A stretch of 37,319 nt of DNA from a virus. Lineage: Duplodnaviria > Caudoviricetes. Below the pieces are notes generated by a model. It was not told where the DNA came from. It ran no database searches and was given only the letters and a program-made list of their open reading frames with translations. Of this stretch, positions 34,167 through 37,319 are shown piece after piece. Within the stretch, counting starts at the first letter, position 1. Every line of letters starts with the position of its first letter. The translations under genes and the position numbers were made by a program. The stretch is from positions 1-37,319 of the IMG/VR virus record IMGVR_UViG_3300046786_000638; one strand, written 5' to 3'.

Positions 34167-34265
34167 TTAGTAGTAAAAGACGTACTTACCAAGCATTGTT
34201 ACCGACACCACTGTAAATACTATGTAGATTAGTATTGCAACTTTTAACCAAAAGTCAGTTTTCAT
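34167..34265 (-). CDS. 32-aa membrane peptide
   Basis: MKTDFWLKVAILIYIVFTVVSVTMLGKYVFYY, fills a gap in the operon. Confidence 0.5.
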   Translation of the reverse strand: MKTDFWLKVAILIYIVFTVVSVTMLGKYVFYY

Positions 34266-34611
34266 ATGTTGTGTTTGGTTGGTTTGTTAGTAGTTTCTTG
34301 CACTTTTCTATCTGCTCTTGAAGATAGATGATGTCTTTACTAATGATTTGGTATTTACCGTTTTCTACTCCGTTGTACATGTCATCGGTTGGTAGTTCTA
34401 TTTTCATCATCCCCTTCTTCCTTGCCAGCTCTGCCTCAAGCAGTGAGATTTGAGAGGAGATGAGGATTGGATAAATTGCATTATGCACAACTCCTATTTC
34501 ATCAACACCACTCACTGTTTCTTCTCTTAGGTTTAATTCTTTTGCAAGTTTTGGTAGTGTTTCTTGCTTAAAAGATTCCGCACTCTCCTGTGCGATTTTA
34601 CTTAGTGACAT
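34255..34611 (-). CDS. Hypothetical protein
   Basis: ORF packing in the early arm. Confidence 0.65.
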   Translation of the reverse strand: MSLSKIAQESAESFKQETLPKLAKELNLREETVSGVDEIGVVHNAIYPILISSQISLLEAELARKKGMMKIELPTDDMYNGVENGKYQIISKDIIYLQEQIEKCKKLLTNQPNTTYEN

Positions 34612-34790
34612 GGTTGTTGTGATTGTAGTGCTGATTTAATTGTTTCGACTATTTTCCTCATTCTTTTACCTTCCCAGTTTTCAGTACTGGTAGTTTCTCT
34701 TTTGTAGAGCCGTGCGTATTCGTCACACAACCTCTCCACGTCTATTTCCTCTGACCTGCTTTGGTGATCAATTTCGTTTCTTGTTCTCAT
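34602..34790 (-). CDS. Hypothetical protein
   Basis: ORF packing in the early arm. Confidence 0.55.
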   Translation of the reverse strand: MRTRNEIDHQSRSEEIDVERLCDEYARLYKRETTSTENWEGKRMRKIVETIKSALQSQQPCH

Positions 34791-34804
34791 ACGATTTGTC
34801 GTGG

Positions 34805-35167
34805 TTAGTTGTTTAAAAGTTCCTTAAAGTATGACTCGATATCTTGGCCTTCCTGGATGTGGTCGATGAGGCGGTGCTGTTGGTATTTCCAAGTTTCCTC
34901 AGACATTTCCTGGTACTGTTGACCGTACTGGCTGTCAACGTAGTCTTCTTTTACGTACTTTTCCGTGTAGGTTCTTTTACTCCACCCCAACCCACGCCCT
35001 AACGCTTGCCAAAATAGTGTATCGAGAAGGAACGTTTCTACTGGAAAGTCTATGACTTCTCCTCGTGCTTCAAACGCCGCTACTGGCCTGTACCAGCTTT
35101 GTACTTGCTTAAAGTCATACCCATTCTCTACCGCTGTCTTGATTGCTTTGTTTGTGTATGTTGACAT
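34805..35167 (-). CDS. Hypothetical protein
   Basis: 120-aa ORF with LLDTLFWQALGRGLGW segment. Confidence 0.7.
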   Translation of the reverse strand: MSTYTNKAIKTAVENGYDFKQVQSWYRPVAAFEARGEVIDFPVETFLLDTLFWQALGRGLGWSKRTYTEKYVKEDYVDSQYGQQYQEMSEETWKYQQHRLIDHIQEGQDIESYFKELLNN

Positions 35168-35169
35168 GG

Positions 35170-35325
35170 TTATAGTATATTTACCTGATAATCTCCGTGC
35201 ATACAGAGGACAAGAAACGCTACAGTCAAGATCACCAGAACTGCTACCTGTACCGCGTGTATCTTTCTTTCTACTGATACTGACTTTGTATAATCTCCTA
35301 GTTGTTTGCGTGTTATGTTGTTCAT
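35170..35325 (-). CDS. 51-aa membrane protein
   Basis: MNNITRKQLG...VQVAVLVILTVAFLVLC, ATGA overlap with the upstream gene. Confidence 0.55.
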   Translation of the reverse strand: MNNITRKQLGDYTKSVSVERKIHAVQVAVLVILTVAFLVLCMHGDYQVNIL

Positions 35326-35687
35326 TCTCTGCTGTTTAAAAACTTTGTAATTTCCTCCATATTTTCAACACGGAGTCGGTACACTGATAACCTCCCTATT
35401 TTCCTATCTTCTACCAGTTCTGGGAAGTGTATAGCGAGATCTGATGCTCGTGCCGGAGCGCGGTGAGAGAGAAAGTCTCCTTTACTGTTCACTCGACCAA
35501 CAAACTCGTACGACCACCACCAAATCTTCTCTATACGGTTTGTCTTCCTATAGAGGTACTCGTCGTACATCACTTGAACCACCTTTTGAACACCAGTGTG
35601 ATCTGACTTCGTTCTTTTTCTTGACTCGTACAAGTCTCTCATCTCCTCAAACTGTTTTTCAGAAACAGCATCATTTGTTTTTTTCAT
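35322..35687 (-). CDS. Hypothetical protein, possibly winged-helix DNA-binding
   Basis: RAPARASDL...GRLSVYRL. Confidence 0.6.
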   Translation of the reverse strand: MKKTNDAVSEKQFEEMRDLYESRKRTKSDHTGVQKVVQVMYDEYLYRKTNRIEKIWWWSYEFVGRVNSKGDFLSHRAPARASDLAIHFPELVEDRKIGRLSVYRLRVENMEEITKFLNSRE

Positions 35688-36207
35688 GATTAAGCTCAGC
35701 TAGTTTTTTAATGGCAACGTCTTTGAGTCTTTGAAGCGGTGGGTACAGCACGTTTATTTCCAGTTGACTGTCTACCCACTGTTTGTACGGCTCTGGCTCA
35801 GGAAACTCATACCCGTTTTGCATAAACCAGTCCAGTATTCTATCCAAAAACTGTCGGAACTCTTCTTTGTTACAGTCGGCGGTGCTTTTTGACCCTTGCA
35901 CCAACTTTCCGTGAATGTCGTAGTAGTAATACGGCAAAAACTCCTCTTTTAAACACGCACGCGCCATCTCTGCGTCCATAACCGTCCAACGCCCATTTCT
36001 GCCCTGTACGAAGTGCTGTAGCGCAAAATAAGGAACTACCGCACCCTCGAAGAAACGACGCACCTGTGTGGCAATCTGCTCGTCTGGTGTTATTTTGAGT
36101 CGCATACCGTCGTTTTCCTTGAGGAACTTGTCCCACATGCCCTTGTGGTAGTCGGATGAAAACTGAATGCCTCCGTTTTTGACCTGTACGTTGAATACGT
36201 TTTTCAT
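35671..36207 (-). CDS. NinB/Orf-like recombination protein
   Basis: QVRRFFEG and KSTADCNKEEFRQFLDRI motifs. Confidence 0.6.
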   Translation of the reverse strand: MKNVFNVQVKNGGIQFSSDYHKGMWDKFLKENDGMRLKITPDEQIATQVRRFFEGAVVPYFALQHFVQGRNGRWTVMDAEMARACLKEEFLPYYYYDIHGKLVQGSKSTADCNKEEFRQFLDRILDWFMQNGYEFPEPEPYKQWVDSQLEINVLYPPLQRLKDVAIKKLAELNHEKNK

Positions 36208-36446
36208 ACTAGTCTCTCCTTAAAGATAGTTCCGTCTTTTATACCCCTGTACTTTTCACAGTGATGACAAGGAATAGGTGTGTTGTAGTCGTCTCCTGCG
36301 CTCACTTCTCCTGTGTTTTTACACTCGAAACACATACGGTTAGGGTTGAGAAAACAGGTAGGCTCGTGCCTTTCCATAAAACTCTTTGTGGATCTCTTGC
36401 TACAGAAGTCGCACTTGTAGCGCTTCATTGTTCGTACTTCTATCAT
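36204..36446 (-). CDS. Zn-finger protein
   Basis: YKCDFC...HEPTC...CFEC...CHHC. Confidence 0.65.
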   Translation of the reverse strand: MIEVRTMKRYKCDFCSKRSTKSFMERHEPTCFLNPNRMCFECKNTGEVSAGDDYNTPIPCHHCEKYRGIKDGTIFKERLV

Positions 36447-36451
36447 GGTGT

Positions 36452-36619
36452 TTACCTGTTTACTGTACTTCTCACTTTCTTGCACCCAAAACAGACTTGA
36501 GTGAGTGCGTCGTGAAAAGTTGAGTAAATTGCTTGCTGCGTGTGCTTTCCCTCACAGTTTTGTATGTGAGTCCTAACGTCTTCCATTTTTGGTATATATT
36601 CGTAGTCAAAGTTCGTCAT
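36452..36619 (-). CDS. Small hypothetical protein (55 aa)
   Basis: MTNFDYEYIPKMEDV...VCFGCKK, fills a gap in the operon. Confidence 0.55.
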   Translation of the reverse strand: MTNFDYEYIPKMEDVRTHIQNCEGKHTQQAIYSTFHDALTQVCFGCKKVRSTVNR

Positions 36620-36621
36620 GT

Positions 36622-37319
36622 TTATTGTGTTAGTTTGTTACCTTTTTTGTCGCACTCATACAGCACTGTTCCTTTTTCAAATGCAATTTTGTGTGGGTAC
36701 TGAGGGTTTTCCCAAGCATACATGTCTTTCGGATTTACCGATATTGCAATATACTTGTCGTCACTTGTTTTCCTAAACTCATCACAGAAGTAGGTACGTG
36801 AACACGCATGAAACTTTCCTTCTCCGCACTCCTCTTTTTCTGGGTTGTAGTCGTGATGTTGCATCTTTTTACCTATACTCCAAAGTGTCTCGTTTTTGCT
36901 ACCTTCTTGGGTCTTAAAGTCAGATGAAACTCTTTTGTAAACAATCACTTCTTTTTCTTTCTCGATTCCCTCTTTTTCGAGCCATCCATTTACGCCAGGT
37001 TTATATTTCGGAACTATCACGGTCGCCGTTTTAGCTTTCTTTATGATTTTACCTTTGGCGAGTTCCCAACACACTGAAAACGCAAAAAGTGCCACAGTTG
37101 CATAGTCCGAACTTAGGCGGACAGCACTGTTCCCCCACGCCTCCACTGAACTGTTCTCCCGCGCCACCACTGAACTGTTCCCCCACGCCACCACTGAACT
37201 GTTCCCCCGCGCCACCACTGAACTGTTCTCCCGCGCCACCACTGAACTGTTCCCCCACGCCACCACTGAACTGTTCCCCCACGCCACCACTGAACTGTTC
37301 CCCCGCGCCACCACTGAAC
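36622..37319 (-). CDS. C-terminal part of the octapeptide-repeat protein with globular C-domain (possibly DUF7666-like)
   Basis: V(V/E)A(W/R)(G/E)NSS repeats followed by a VYKRV...ECGEGKFHAC...KI domain. Confidence 0.85.
   Translation of the reverse strand, partial: SVVARGNSSVVAWGNSSVVAWGNSSVVARENSSVVARGNSSVVAWGNSSVVARENSSVEAWGNSAVRLSSDYATVALFAFSVCWELAKGKIIKKAKTATVIVPKYKPGVNGWLEKEGIEKEKEVIVYKRVSSDFKTQEGSKNETLWSIGKKMQHHDYNPEKEECGEGKFHACSRTYFCDEFRKTSDDKYIAISVNPKDMYAWENPQYPHKIAFEKGTVLYECDKKGNKLTQ
37126..37319 (-). repeat. 24-bp coding tandem repeat, 8 units
   Basis: Same unit as at 1-124. Confidence 0.97.

Larger units (their letters stand above)
1..37319. mobile_element. Near-complete podovirus-like (P22-type organisation) dsDNA phage genome, probably circular or circularly permuted
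   Basis: TerL, portal, scaffold, capsid, tail, ejection and lysis genes in canonical order. No tape-measure or sheath gene. One ORF is split across the two ends. Bases 1-57 match 37263-37319 at 56/57 positions. Confidence 0.92.

Noticed and set aside
37126-37319. Terminal 24-bp repeats as a CRISPR array or true terminal repeats
   Set aside because: Units are contiguous with no unique spacers, stay in frame within an ORF, and there are no cas genes. The end overlap is best explained by an assembly break in the array.
1-37319. Stop-codon reassignment
   Set aside because: Genes are full-length and densely packed in code 11, with TAA, TAG and TGA all used as stops.

Overview
The window looks like an essentially complete ~37.3 kb genome of a short-tailed (P22/podovirus-type) dsDNA phage. 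It is opened inside a 24-bp coding tandem repeat present at both ends, and it uses the standard genetic code. Layout: a leftward early arm with an SSAP-like gene, YqaJ exonuclease, a NinB-like gene and many small ORFs. Next comes a ~750-bp structured divergent control region, then a rightward arm with a replication initiator carrying internal iterons, RusA, a frameshifted C5-methyltransferase, TerS/TerL, portal, scaffold, HNH, major capsid protein, tail and ejection genes, a PurD-like ATP-grasp enzyme and lysis genes. No integrase or CI repressor is recognisable. Missing Shine-Dalgarno sites, leaderless promoters, DnaA-box-like motifs at promoters and Thr/Ser-rich signal-peptide proteins suggest a Patescibacteria (CPR, Parcubacteria-like) host, which is an inference. 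Most unusual: (1) four morphogenesis-module proteins, including the S74-chaperoned fibre, carry export signals, and three of them carry repeated A-[ST]3 motifs; (2) a GC-rich cassette with SD sites and a boxA-like element sits behind a phage-type promoter; (3) a recurring TTACAA-N15-TAnnnT promoter class, mostly leaderless; (4) structured RNAs where a repressor would be expected; (5) a divergent PurD-like ligase; (6) a repeat protein with three binary-variable positions. All family assignments come from motif recognition by eye, not from database searches.
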